64,000 nucleotides of DNA. It comes from Planctomycetota bacterium. GTDB lineage: Bacteria > Planctomycetota > UBA1135 > UBA2386. The position numbers and the translations under genes were made by a program. Positions 55,648-64,000 of the stretch are shown piece after piece; the stretch's first letter is position 1; each line of letters begins with the position of its first letter. Location: the NCBI GenBank assembly GCA_965223545.1, contig OZ245006.1, positions 3,808,001 through 3,872,000 of the forward strand. The letters are read 5' to 3'. A model generated the notes under the pieces. It searched no databases. It was not told where the DNA came from and was given only the letters and a program-made list of their open reading frames with translations.

Positions 55648-58392
55648 ATGAAGTGCAGCTCTCCGTCACCCGCTCTCGGATGCTTGATGGCCGCGGTGAT
55701 GGTGGCCTGCGGCGATCACCCCGGAGCTGGCCCCGCAGGCCCGACATCGCCCATGCCGATGCGGCTGATCGACCATCTCGGCGACGCCGAGATCGAGAGC
55801 CCACTGATCGGCATCGACGCCGCCCTCGACGCCGACGCTCTGCAGATCGCGAGCACACCCGAGCTCCAGGAGGACTTCTCCAAGTTCTCGTTCGAGGATG
55901 CGGACTGGCCACACCCGCCTTGGGCGAGCATCACCGACGGCGACTCCGGCTCCGCCCTTCACCTGCAGGCTCCGCCACAGACCCCGGCCCACGACTACCT
56001 CGGTGCCGGCTGGCTCGTGCGCGCTACGCCCAACACACACTATTCGCTGTCGCTCCGCGTCCGCGCCCAGCAACCGCCGACTCTGGCGTTCGCGATCGTC
56101 GAGCTGGCGCGGGCACCCGATCCGTCGAAGCCGGCGCGCCCTCGACTGGTCGCGGCAGGGACGCGCCGCGGACTCAAGATGCACTGGCCCAGTCCGGTCG
56201 AGGCCGACGGCCAGTGGCACCGCTCGGCAGTGACGTTGCAGACCAGTCACGCGACCCAGGCGCTCGCCGTCATCTTGCGATCGACGATCAACTCACCGCC
56301 CATGCAGGCCAACGACGTGCAGTTCGACGACATCCGCCTGGATCGGCTGTCACCCGGGCGCGAGCAGCTGGTGGCGCTGCTCAAACCGCGGTCGCTGCCC
56401 GAGACGCCGGCGCCGCACGGCATCGGCAAGCGCGGCCTGTTGCTCCCGCTCCGCTCGGTCGACGGCGCCCAACGGGGCGATGGCAACTACACCTATCGGG
56501 ATGTGCTCTACGCCCCGGCCCCGACCGAGCTGGCATTTCCAGCCGTGCTGCCACCGGACGCCGTACTTCGCTTCGGCGTCAGCATGGCCAGCGAATCCGG
56601 TTTCGGCGACCGCGCGCGTTTCGAAGTCGCCATCCGGGGCGGTGGGCATGAACGTTCCCTTTGGACTCACGAAGCGGTGGCCGATCCAGGCCGCTGGGAG
56701 TGGCATGAGCAACAGCTCGCGCTGGCGGACTATGCGGGCTCGTCGGTCGAGATCGTGCTCCGCACGACCGCCGCGGGAGGCGGTGGCCACGCCATTTGGG
56801 GCAGCCCGGTCATCGACGTTGCATATCGCGGCCCGGGTCCCCGCAATGTCATCCTGATCGCGGTCGACACGCTGCGCGCCGACCACCTGTCGTGCCACGG
56901 CTACGACCGTGAGACATCACCCAACATCGACGCGCTGGCGGCGGACGGCGTGCTGTTCGAGCAGACGTGCTCGGTGTCCAACTGGACGTGCCCGACGTTC
57001 GCTTCCATCTTCACCGGCCTGGTCCCTGCGCGGCACCGCGTGTTCTCTTGGGGAGCCACTGCGCCGTTGAGCAAGCGGTTCGACACTCTCGCCGAACGCT
57101 TCCACCGCCGCGGTTGGAACACGAACGCGATCCTGTTCAAGATTCCGCTGTACGGCGGCGGCTACGACCAGGGGTTCGACGCGTCACACAACGTGCCTCG
57201 GCTCGGAGTGCAGGCCTCCGACAACTTCGCGGTCACTTCGCAGTGGCTGGCCGAGAATGCCGACCGCCGCAACTTCCTGTTCTTGCACTTCGACGACCCT
57301 CACCAACCGTTCACGCAGCCCGCGCCGTTCGATCGGCTCTATGGAGACGACCCCGCCAGCCACGGTCTGACGATCCCGTTTGGCGATCACGAGGAGCCGC
57401 CGCACGAATCCCGGTGGCGCCAGCTGGTGCACGATCTGTACGACGGTGAGATCGCCTACGTCGACGCGAGGATCGGGCACTTTCTCGACGACCTCAAAGC
57501 ACGCGGTCTGTACGACGATGCGTTGATCGCCTTCGTGTCCGACCACGGCGAGGAGCTGTGGGAGCACGGCACCTTCGGCCACGGCCAGATGCGACTCTAC
57601 GACGAGGTCGTTCGCGTGCCGCTCATCATCAAACCCAGCACGGCCGGAGCGGCCTTCCCGCGCGGCGTGGTGGTCAAGAGCCAGGTGCGCAACTTCGACG
57701 TGATGCCGACCCTCCTCGAGCTCGCCGGATTGCCGGTGCCCGACGAGATCGAGGCCCGCTCGCTGGTGCCGTTGCTCCGAGATCCGGATACCGAGGCCGA
57801 CCGCCCAACGGTGATCGAGACCTCCGTGCCCGCGCTGGGCTACCGGGACTCGCGCTGGAAGTACGTCCTCCGCTTCTCGCCGGAGGATCAGAGCGAGGAG
57901 CTGTACTCGCTGCGCGAGGACCCGGCCGAGCAGACCGATGTCGCATCACGGCAACCGATGGAGCTCGAGCGCGTGCGTACCCACGTCCTCGACTACGTCA
58001 TGTTCCATCGCCCCGGCCGCTACCTCGCCGTGATCCAGACGGAGGACGCCGCCATCGGAGTACGTGGCGTCGATGCACCGCGCCCGCTGATCGGGCGCTT
58101 CGAGCGCAGCGCCCAGGAAGGCGCCGTCACCGTGCACTGCGTTGGCACGGAGCGACGCTTCGCGGTGGCGAAGATCGCCGGTCTCGAAAACCTCGCCATC
58201 GACGACGATGCCCTCCCAGTCCGCCCGGAACGGCGCTACGAGCGCGGCACCCTGCAGCGTCTGCTGGCAGAAGGCCTCACCGGCGTGTACCTGTTCGAAG
58301 GTCCACCGGAGATCGAAAGCGACACTCCGGGAACCCTCGACCTGCAGCACGAGGGCGCGATGCGGGCGCTGGGCTACGTCGGGGGCCGATAG
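55648..58392 (+). CDS. Large sulfatase-like lipoprotein with N-terminal beta-rich domains
   Basis: Lipobox MVAC; NVILIAVDTLRADHL, WTCPTFASIFTG, DPHQPF, YDGEI, SDHGEE, C-terminal RALGY. Confidence 0.88.
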   Translation: MKCSSPSPALGCLMAAVMVACGDHPGAGPAGPTSPMPMRLIDHLGDAEIESPLIGIDAALDADALQIASTPELQEDFSKFSFEDADWPHPPWASITDGDSGSALHLQAPPQTPAHDYLGAGWLVRATPNTHYSLSLRVRAQQPPTLAFAIVELARAPDPSKPARPRLVAAGTRRGLKMHWPSPVEADGQWHRSAVTLQTSHATQALAVILRSTINSPPMQANDVQFDDIRLDRLSPGREQLVALLKPRSLPETPAPHGIGKRGLLLPLRSVDGAQRGDGNYTYRDVLYAPAPTELAFPAVLPPDAVLRFGVSMASESGFGDRARFEVAIRGGGHERSLWTHEAVADPGRWEWHEQQLALADYAGSSVEIVLRTTAAGGGGHAIWGSPVIDVAYRGPGPRNVILIAVDTLRADHLSCHGYDRETSPNIDALAADGVLFEQTCSVSNWTCPTFASIFTGLVPARHRVFSWGATAPLSKRFDTLAERFHRRGWNTNAILFKIPLYGGGYDQGFDASHNVPRLGVQASDNFAVTSQWLAENADRRNFLFLHFDDPHQPFTQPAPFDRLYGDDPASHGLTIPFGDHEEPPHESRWRQLVHDLYDGEIAYVDARIGHFLDDLKARGLYDDALIAFVSDHGEELWEHGTFGHGQMRLYDEVVRVPLIIKPSTAGAAFPRGVVVKSQVRNFDVMPTLLELAGLPVPDEIEARSLVPLLRDPDTEADRPTVIETSVPALGYRDSRWKYVLRFSPEDQSEELYSLREDPAEQTDVASRQPMELERVRTHVLDYVMFHRPGRYLAVIQTEDAAIGVRGVDAPRPLIGRFERSAQEGAVTVHCVGTERRFAVAKIAGLENLAIDDDALPVRPERRYERGTLQRLLAEGLTGVYLFEGPPEIESDTPGTLDLQHEGAMRALGYVGGR

Positions 58393-58472
58393 GAGGCCGC
58401 GCTCAAATGGTGTACCGTCGCCCCTGGCACCGCGGTTGCACCGTGCTCTAGGGATCCACAAGGACGACGATC

Positions 58473-61118
58473 GTGACATCCAATCAGTTTCGAATGCGGG
58501 CCGAGCCGAGCCCGCGCGCGGCGCGTTCACTCGTAGTGTGTGCAATGTGTGCTGCTCCCGTGGTGGCGCAGCCGCTGTTCGATGAGCTCGGCAAACGCCA
58601 CCTGCCGCCCGGCTCCGCCGACAGCCGCAGCATCGCGGTCGGCGATTTCGATGGCGACGGCGACACCGACCTCATCTGGGCGGAAGACCGCAGCCGACTG
58701 CACCTGAACGACGGGGCCGGGCGGTTCACCGACGTCACGGCATCGCGCATGCCGAACGTCACGGGAGAGACCTGGGAGATCGCAGTCGGCGACGTCGACG
58801 GCGATGGCGATCTCGACCTGGTGTTGGCCAACGTACTCGGCGCGGGCTTCGTTGGGCAAAACCTGCTGTTCGTCAATGACGGCAGCGGGACCTTCGTAGA
58901 CGTGACCGCCGACCGACTGCCACCGGACCAAGACGCCAGCACGTCGGTCGCGATCGGCGACGTCGACGGCGACGGCGACCTCGACCTCTTGTTCGGCAAC
59001 GGGCAGTTCCCGGCCGGCCAGCGCAATCGGCTGTACATCAACGACGGCAACGGCTTCTTCACCGACCGGTCCGCCGCCCGCCTGCCGGCGTTCCAGGACG
59101 CGACCCGCGCCGTCGTCGTCGGCGACGTCGACGGCGATGGAGACCTGGACGTGATCTTCGGCTCGCGCAGTGGGCGCAGTCGGCTGCATCTCAACGACGG
59201 TGAGGGCTTTTTCTCGGACGCATCGGTCGGCCACATGCCGACCTACCAGGCCGACACGGAGGGCGCCGCGCTCTTCGACGCCGACGGCGATGGTGACCTC
59301 GACCTCGTCTTCGCCAACGGTGGCATCGGTCAGCTGAACCGTCTGTACTTCAACGACGGCAACGGAATCTTCACCGATGTGACCCCGACCAGAATGCCGT
59401 CGCACGTCGCTTCGACGACCGCGGTGGCGGTGGGCGATCTCGACGGAGATGGCGATCTGGACTTGGTCTTCAGCAACACCTCGACCACGCGGAACAACCA
59501 GCTGTACCTGAATGATGGTACCGGCACGTTCGTCGACGCCAGCGCGCGCATGCCGCCGGAAGACCTGTCGACCCAAGCCGTCGTGACAACCGACGTCGAT
59601 GGCGATGGCGACCGCGATCTGCTGTTCGCCAACGCCTTTCGGCGCAACCAGCTGTTCGTCAACGACGGCGCGGCGACCTTCGCCAACGCGTCGGCAGCGC
59701 CGGTGCCCACGTTCCACCGCCCGGCCACCGACGTTGGCGTGCACGACGTCGACGGCGACGGCGACCTCGATCTGATCTTCGGCCACGGGGTCGTGTTCGG
59801 GTCGTTCGCACAGCCCAACGGGCTCCTGCTCAACGACGGTCGCGGCACCTTCGCCGACGTGTCGGCGACCCAGCTACCCGCGGTCAGCCACTCGACCACC
59901 GACCTGGCGATCGGCGACGTCGACGGGGACGGCGACCCCGACCTCGTGTTCGCCAACAAGTCGAGTTTCGGTTCGCGCTGGCAGAACCACCTCCACCTCA
60001 ACGACGGGGCCGGGGCATTCACCGACGCCACCGCCGCGCGGATGCCGGTCGACACCGATGACACCGAAGCGGTGCTGATGGCGGATATCGACGGCGACCA
60101 AGATCTCGATCTGGTGTTCGGCAACAACGGCGGCGCGGGCGCCGGCCAGCAGAACAAGCTGTACCTCAACGACGGGGCCGGAACGTTCACCGACGTCACC
60201 AGCGGGCAGATGCCCATCGGGCTCGACCGCACCCAGTCGATGGCGGCGGGCGACGTCGACGGCGATGGCGACCTCGATCTGGTGTTCGGCGAAGCTCGGG
60301 CTCGCATCTACATCAACAACGGCTCGGGCACGTTCACCGAACCCGCGGAGTCGTTCTCTTCGACCCTCAGCGCGACCCACTGGGACATCGCGATGGGCGA
60401 CGTCGATGGCGATCTGGACCTTGACCTGGTGTTTGCGGCGGGCCCCCGCCCGGTGCTGTACTTGAACGACGGCTCGGGGTTCTTCGTCGACGTCACCGCG
60501 ACCTGGATGCCGCCTGCGGCGGCCAACCCGTACTCGGTGACACTGGACGACGTCGACCTGGACGGTGACCTCGATCTGGTCGTCGGCGGTAGCACTCAGA
60601 ACCGCCTGTACTTGAACGACGGTGCGGCGGCCTATGTCGATGTCACCACCCGGATGCCGGTCGACGGTGAGTGGACGCACGGCGTGGCGACCGGTGATCT
60701 CGACGGCGACGGCGACACCGACCTGGTCTACGGCAGCGACACGAGTTCACGCGTGTACTTCAACCTGCTGCGCCAGCTCGACACACCGTTCCTGTTGACC
60801 GTCGGAATGTCGTACCGGGTCGACGTCTACTCACGCGCTTCGCCCGTGGGTCCTGCCGACGTCGGCTACCCGCTGCTGTCGCCCGCGACGGCGAGTGTTC
60901 CGTTGCCCCCGTTCGGCACCCTCGGCCTCGACCCGTCGCGCGTGGTCGCCCTGCCCCCGGTCGTCATCCCGCAGCCCGCGGGCGTCGGTTCACTGTCCTT
61001 GCCGGTGCCGAGCGCGACCGCGCTCGTCGGAGCTGCGGTGTACGGCCAGGCATTGGTGGTGCGGTCGTCGGGACCCGCGCGGCTGACCAACGTCACCGGC
61101 GATTCGGTCACGCGTTGA
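58473..61118 (+). CDS. Secreted FG-GAP/VCBS-repeat protein with C-terminal accessory domain
   Basis: About 14 GDVDGDGDLDL...NxLYxNDGxGxFxDVT repeats. Confidence 0.93.
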   Translation: MTSNQFRMRAEPSPRAARSLVVCAMCAAPVVAQPLFDELGKRHLPPGSADSRSIAVGDFDGDGDTDLIWAEDRSRLHLNDGAGRFTDVTASRMPNVTGETWEIAVGDVDGDGDLDLVLANVLGAGFVGQNLLFVNDGSGTFVDVTADRLPPDQDASTSVAIGDVDGDGDLDLLFGNGQFPAGQRNRLYINDGNGFFTDRSAARLPAFQDATRAVVVGDVDGDGDLDVIFGSRSGRSRLHLNDGEGFFSDASVGHMPTYQADTEGAALFDADGDGDLDLVFANGGIGQLNRLYFNDGNGIFTDVTPTRMPSHVASTTAVAVGDLDGDGDLDLVFSNTSTTRNNQLYLNDGTGTFVDASARMPPEDLSTQAVVTTDVDGDGDRDLLFANAFRRNQLFVNDGAATFANASAAPVPTFHRPATDVGVHDVDGDGDLDLIFGHGVVFGSFAQPNGLLLNDGRGTFADVSATQLPAVSHSTTDLAIGDVDGDGDPDLVFANKSSFGSRWQNHLHLNDGAGAFTDATAARMPVDTDDTEAVLMADIDGDQDLDLVFGNNGGAGAGQQNKLYLNDGAGTFTDVTSGQMPIGLDRTQSMAAGDVDGDGDLDLVFGEARARIYINNGSGTFTEPAESFSSTLSATHWDIAMGDVDGDLDLDLVFAAGPRPVLYLNDGSGFFVDVTATWMPPAAANPYSVTLDDVDLDGDLDLVVGGSTQNRLYLNDGAAAYVDVTTRMPVDGEWTHGVATGDLDGDGDTDLVYGSDTSSRVYFNLLRQLDTPFLLTVGMSYRVDVYSRASPVGPADVGYPLLSPATASVPLPPFGTLGLDPSRVVALPPVVIPQPAGVGSLSLPVPSATALVGAAVYGQALVVRSSGPARLTNVTGDSVTR

Positions 61119-61222
61119 GGCGTCGGCCGGCTGCGCGACCCATCACGGCGCACTGTGCGCCGTGATGAAGTCGCCGAGGGAGCGGACCACCTTTCCGGCC
61201 GTGTCGACCGTATCGTTGGGGC

Positions 61223-62845
61223 GTGAACTGCATTCTGTCCCTGGCGCTCCTGGCGTGCGCCGCCCTCCCCCATCCGCTCGCGGCCCAACCCGGCGACCCG
61301 CCCGTTCAGCCCCCGTTCGAGAAGCTCGACACGCTCTGCGTCGGCCGCTGGTGGGAGAAGGAGCCGTCCAAGATCGTCGATCTGCGCGTGCCGCGCGACC
61401 AGGTCGTCGCCTTCGGCATCTACACCGTGCACGCCGGCACCCTCAAGCTGTCCGCACAGCTGTTTCCCTTGTACCCGGACGAGAGCCGGGAGGTCCGCCT
61501 GGAGATCCGCACCGGCGACACGTGGCGCGAGGTGGCGCGTGCGCAGATCGACGACATCGGCTGGTCCGCGTTGTTTCGCGTTGAAGACTGGGACCACTCG
61601 GCAGACGTCCCCTACCGCATCCGGCACGCGGAGCAGGCGATGTTCGAAGGGCTCGTGCGACGCGATCCGAGCGACAAGAACGAGATCACGGTGGCGGCAC
61701 TGTCCTGCAACTCCAACCAGGACCGCGGCATGCGGCCGAACTACATCCGCAACCTGCGCCACCACGACCCCGATCTGTTGTTCTTCGCCGGCGATCAGAG
61801 CTACGACCATCGCGAGCACACCGCGGCTTGGCTCAAGTTCGGGCTGCAGTTCCGCGACGTGCTCGCCGACCGGCCGTGCGTGACCATTCCCGACGATCAC
61901 GATGTCGGTCAAGGCAATCTCTGGGGCGAATCGGGCAAGGTTTCGACGCTCCGCGGCGGCGCCGACGGCGGCTACGCCTATCACCCGGAGTACGTGCGCA
62001 TGGTCGAACGCTGCCAGACCGCACACTTGCCCGACCCGGTCGACCCGGCGCCGATCGACCAGGGGATCGGCGTCTACTTCACCCGGCTGCTCGTCGGCGG
62101 GGTCGACTTCGCCATCATCGAAGATCGCAAGTTCAAGTCGGGGCCGGCCGGCAAGATCCCGCAGCAGGGGCCTCGCCCCGACCACATTCGCAACCCCGAT
62201 TACGCACCCGAGTCGGTCGACCTCGACGGCTTGACCCTGCTCGGCGAGCGCCAGCTCGCGTTCTTGACTCAATGGGGCACGGAATGGGACGGCGTCGCGC
62301 TGAAGGCCGTGCTGTCGCAAACCGGCTTCTGCGGCGGCGCACATCTGCACGGCAAGAAGGACAACCGCTTGCACGCGGACCTCGACTCCAACGGATGGCC
62401 GCAGACCGGCCGCAATCGCGCACTGCGCGCCATCGCCGCCGCCAAGGCAGTGCACATTGCCGGCGACCAACACCTCGCCACACTGATCCACCACGGCATC
62501 GACGACTACGGCGACGGACCGTGGGCCTTCGTCGTGCCCGCGATCGTCAACAACTACTACAGCCGGTGGTGGTGGCCGGAGAACCAGCAGCCCGGCGCCA
62601 ACCGCAACCCACAGAGCCCGCTGCCTTGGACCGGCGACTACCGCGACGGTTTCGACAACCGCATCACCATGCACAGCTACGCGAACCCGGACTCACCGTC
62701 GCATGGCGCCGGCTATGGCTTGATCCACTTCGACAAGAAGGCGAGCACGGTGACCTTCGAGTGCTGGCCTCGCGACGCCGACGTCACCTCGCCTGATGCC
62801 GAGCAGTTCGCGGGCTGGCCGCGGACCATCGATGTGGGGCTGTAG
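61223..62845 (+). CDS. PhoD-like (alkaline phosphatase D family) metallophosphoesterase, secreted
   Basis: ALSCN, FFAGDQSY, PDDHDV, DSNGWP, AGDQH; signal peptide. Confidence 0.85.
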   Translation: MNCILSLALLACAALPHPLAAQPGDPPVQPPFEKLDTLCVGRWWEKEPSKIVDLRVPRDQVVAFGIYTVHAGTLKLSAQLFPLYPDESREVRLEIRTGDTWREVARAQIDDIGWSALFRVEDWDHSADVPYRIRHAEQAMFEGLVRRDPSDKNEITVAALSCNSNQDRGMRPNYIRNLRHHDPDLLFFAGDQSYDHREHTAAWLKFGLQFRDVLADRPCVTIPDDHDVGQGNLWGESGKVSTLRGGADGGYAYHPEYVRMVERCQTAHLPDPVDPAPIDQGIGVYFTRLLVGGVDFAIIEDRKFKSGPAGKIPQQGPRPDHIRNPDYAPESVDLDGLTLLGERQLAFLTQWGTEWDGVALKAVLSQTGFCGGAHLHGKKDNRLHADLDSNGWPQTGRNRALRAIAAAKAVHIAGDQHLATLIHHGIDDYGDGPWAFVVPAIVNNYYSRWWWPENQQPGANRNPQSPLPWTGDYRDGFDNRITMHSYANPDSPSHGAGYGLIHFDKKASTVTFECWPRDADVTSPDAEQFAGWPRTIDVGL

Positions 62846-62981
62846 GGGGAGTGGCGCGGCGGCGCGGACCACGTCATCCGCCACGAGCTGTGGCGACACG
62901 GGGGTGGCCCTGCCACCGACTACCTCAAATCGATCCCAAGCGTTACGATGCCGGAGTGCGGGAAAAGACAAGGAGCCCAGC

Positions 62982-64000
62982 ATGACGAAAACAGGCCCAG
63001 CGCTCGCGGCGGCGATCGCCTGGTTGAGCCCAGCGCTCCTCGCGCAGGCAGCGTTCGACCCTCTCACCGGCTTGCCACTCGATGTCCCGGCGGAGGCGGC
63101 ACTGGCATTCGGCGACGTCGATCGGGACGGCGATGCAGATCTGATCTTGGGATCACCGCTCCGGCTGTATCTCAATGATGGACGCGACTTCTTCGTCGAC
63201 GCGAGCTCACAGCTCGGCAGCGCAACCCAAGGCTCGAAGGTTGTGCTGGTGGCCGATCTCGACGGCGACGGAGACCTCGACGCATTTCTCGGCGGCCCCG
63301 CCAACACGCTGCTGGTCAACGACGGCACGGGGACGTTCACCGACCGCAGCAGCCAGCTGCCGGCCCAGGGGGTGCTGACGCTGGCGTCGGCAGCCGCCGA
63401 CATGGACGGCGATGGCGATCTCGACCTCGTCCTCGGTGGGAGGTTCTCCGTCGCGGTTTGGCTCAACTCCGGTGGCGGTGTCTTCGCTTCGCAGAGCCAA
63501 CTCTCGACGACCGCGCGGATCACTGCCCTCGCCTTGGCCGATTTCGACGGCGACGGCCTGCGCGACGTGGCGGCGTCGAGCGCCGGCGGACAGAGCGCCC
63601 TGTTTCGCAACCGCGGCGGGGGCCAACTGATCGACGCGACCGCATCGTTGCCAGTCGCCAGTTTCATCAGCCGCGGCGTCGCGGCCGCCGACGTCGATGC
63701 GGACGGCGACCAGGATCTCGTCTTCGCCGACACGCGCTCCGCGATCCGCGACCGGCTGTACATAAACGACGGCACGGGGGTGTTCGCCGACGAGTCCACA
63801 ACGCGCATGCCGACCCGCCCATTCAGCAGCTGGACGATCTCTGCCGGCGACGTCGACGCCGATGGAGACAATGACCTGATCGCCGGTGGCGACGGCGGGG
63901 ATCAGCTTCTCTTGAACGACGGGAGCGGCGTTTTCGTCGAGTCCGTTGGTGCCCTGCCCGCCGATCGCGAGCCCTCCCGCAACATCCACCTGTTCGATCT
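62982..64000 (+). CDS. Secreted FG-GAP-repeat protein, 3' partial
   Basis: AAGGAG SD; MTKTGPALAAAIAWLSPALLAQ; GDVDRDGDADL repeats; runs off the window. Confidence 0.88.
   Translation, partial: MTKTGPALAAAIAWLSPALLAQAAFDPLTGLPLDVPAEAALAFGDVDRDGDADLILGSPLRLYLNDGRDFFVDASSQLGSATQGSKVVLVADLDGDGDLDAFLGGPANTLLVNDGTGTFTDRSSQLPAQGVLTLASAAADMDGDGDLDLVLGGRFSVAVWLNSGGGVFASQSQLSTTARITALALADFDGDGLRDVAASSAGGQSALFRNRGGGQLIDATASLPVASFISRGVAAADVDADGDQDLVFADTRSAIRDRLYINDGTGVFADESTTRMPTRPFSSWTISAGDVDADGDNDLIAGGDGGDQLLLNDGSGVFVESVGALPADREPSRNIHLFD

Noticed and set aside
58600..60760. Regularly spaced DNA repeats (gacgtcgacggcgacggcgacctcgac)
   Set aside because: They encode FG-GAP calcium-binding repeats; not a non-coding array.

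Overview
Very GC-rich bacterial DNA, probably Planctomycetota. This is inferred from the many sulfatases, FG-GAP proteins, ECF sigma factors and carboxypeptidase-regulatory-like proteins. The backbone encodes secreted and envelope proteins (3 sulfatase-family, 3 FG-GAP, glycosyltransferases, patatin, peptidases, 5'-nucleotidase, PhoD-like) and a housekeeping operon prfB (programmed frameshift)-purH-hypothetical-yggS. From about 21.8 to 30.6 kb lies a decayed integrative island next to a 3' half of tRNA-Arg(CCT). It holds remnants of a tyrosine integrase, a phage DUF5131 gene and a DDE transposase, plus apparently intact cargo: an AlbA_2/Schlafen-HATPase-HTH gene, an unknown TPR gene and an AbiEi/AbiEii pair. 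Best leads: (1) a shared C-terminal domain on five otherwise unrelated secreted proteins, a possible lineage-specific sorting signal; (2) a second copy of the AbiE operator upstream of the TPR gene, inside a cassette bounded by direct repeats; (3) a CCA-type nucleotidyltransferase with an altered templating motif; (4) highly structured intergenic regions. No rRNA, complete tRNA or CRISPR array was seen. All family calls come from motif recognition by eye, not database searches.
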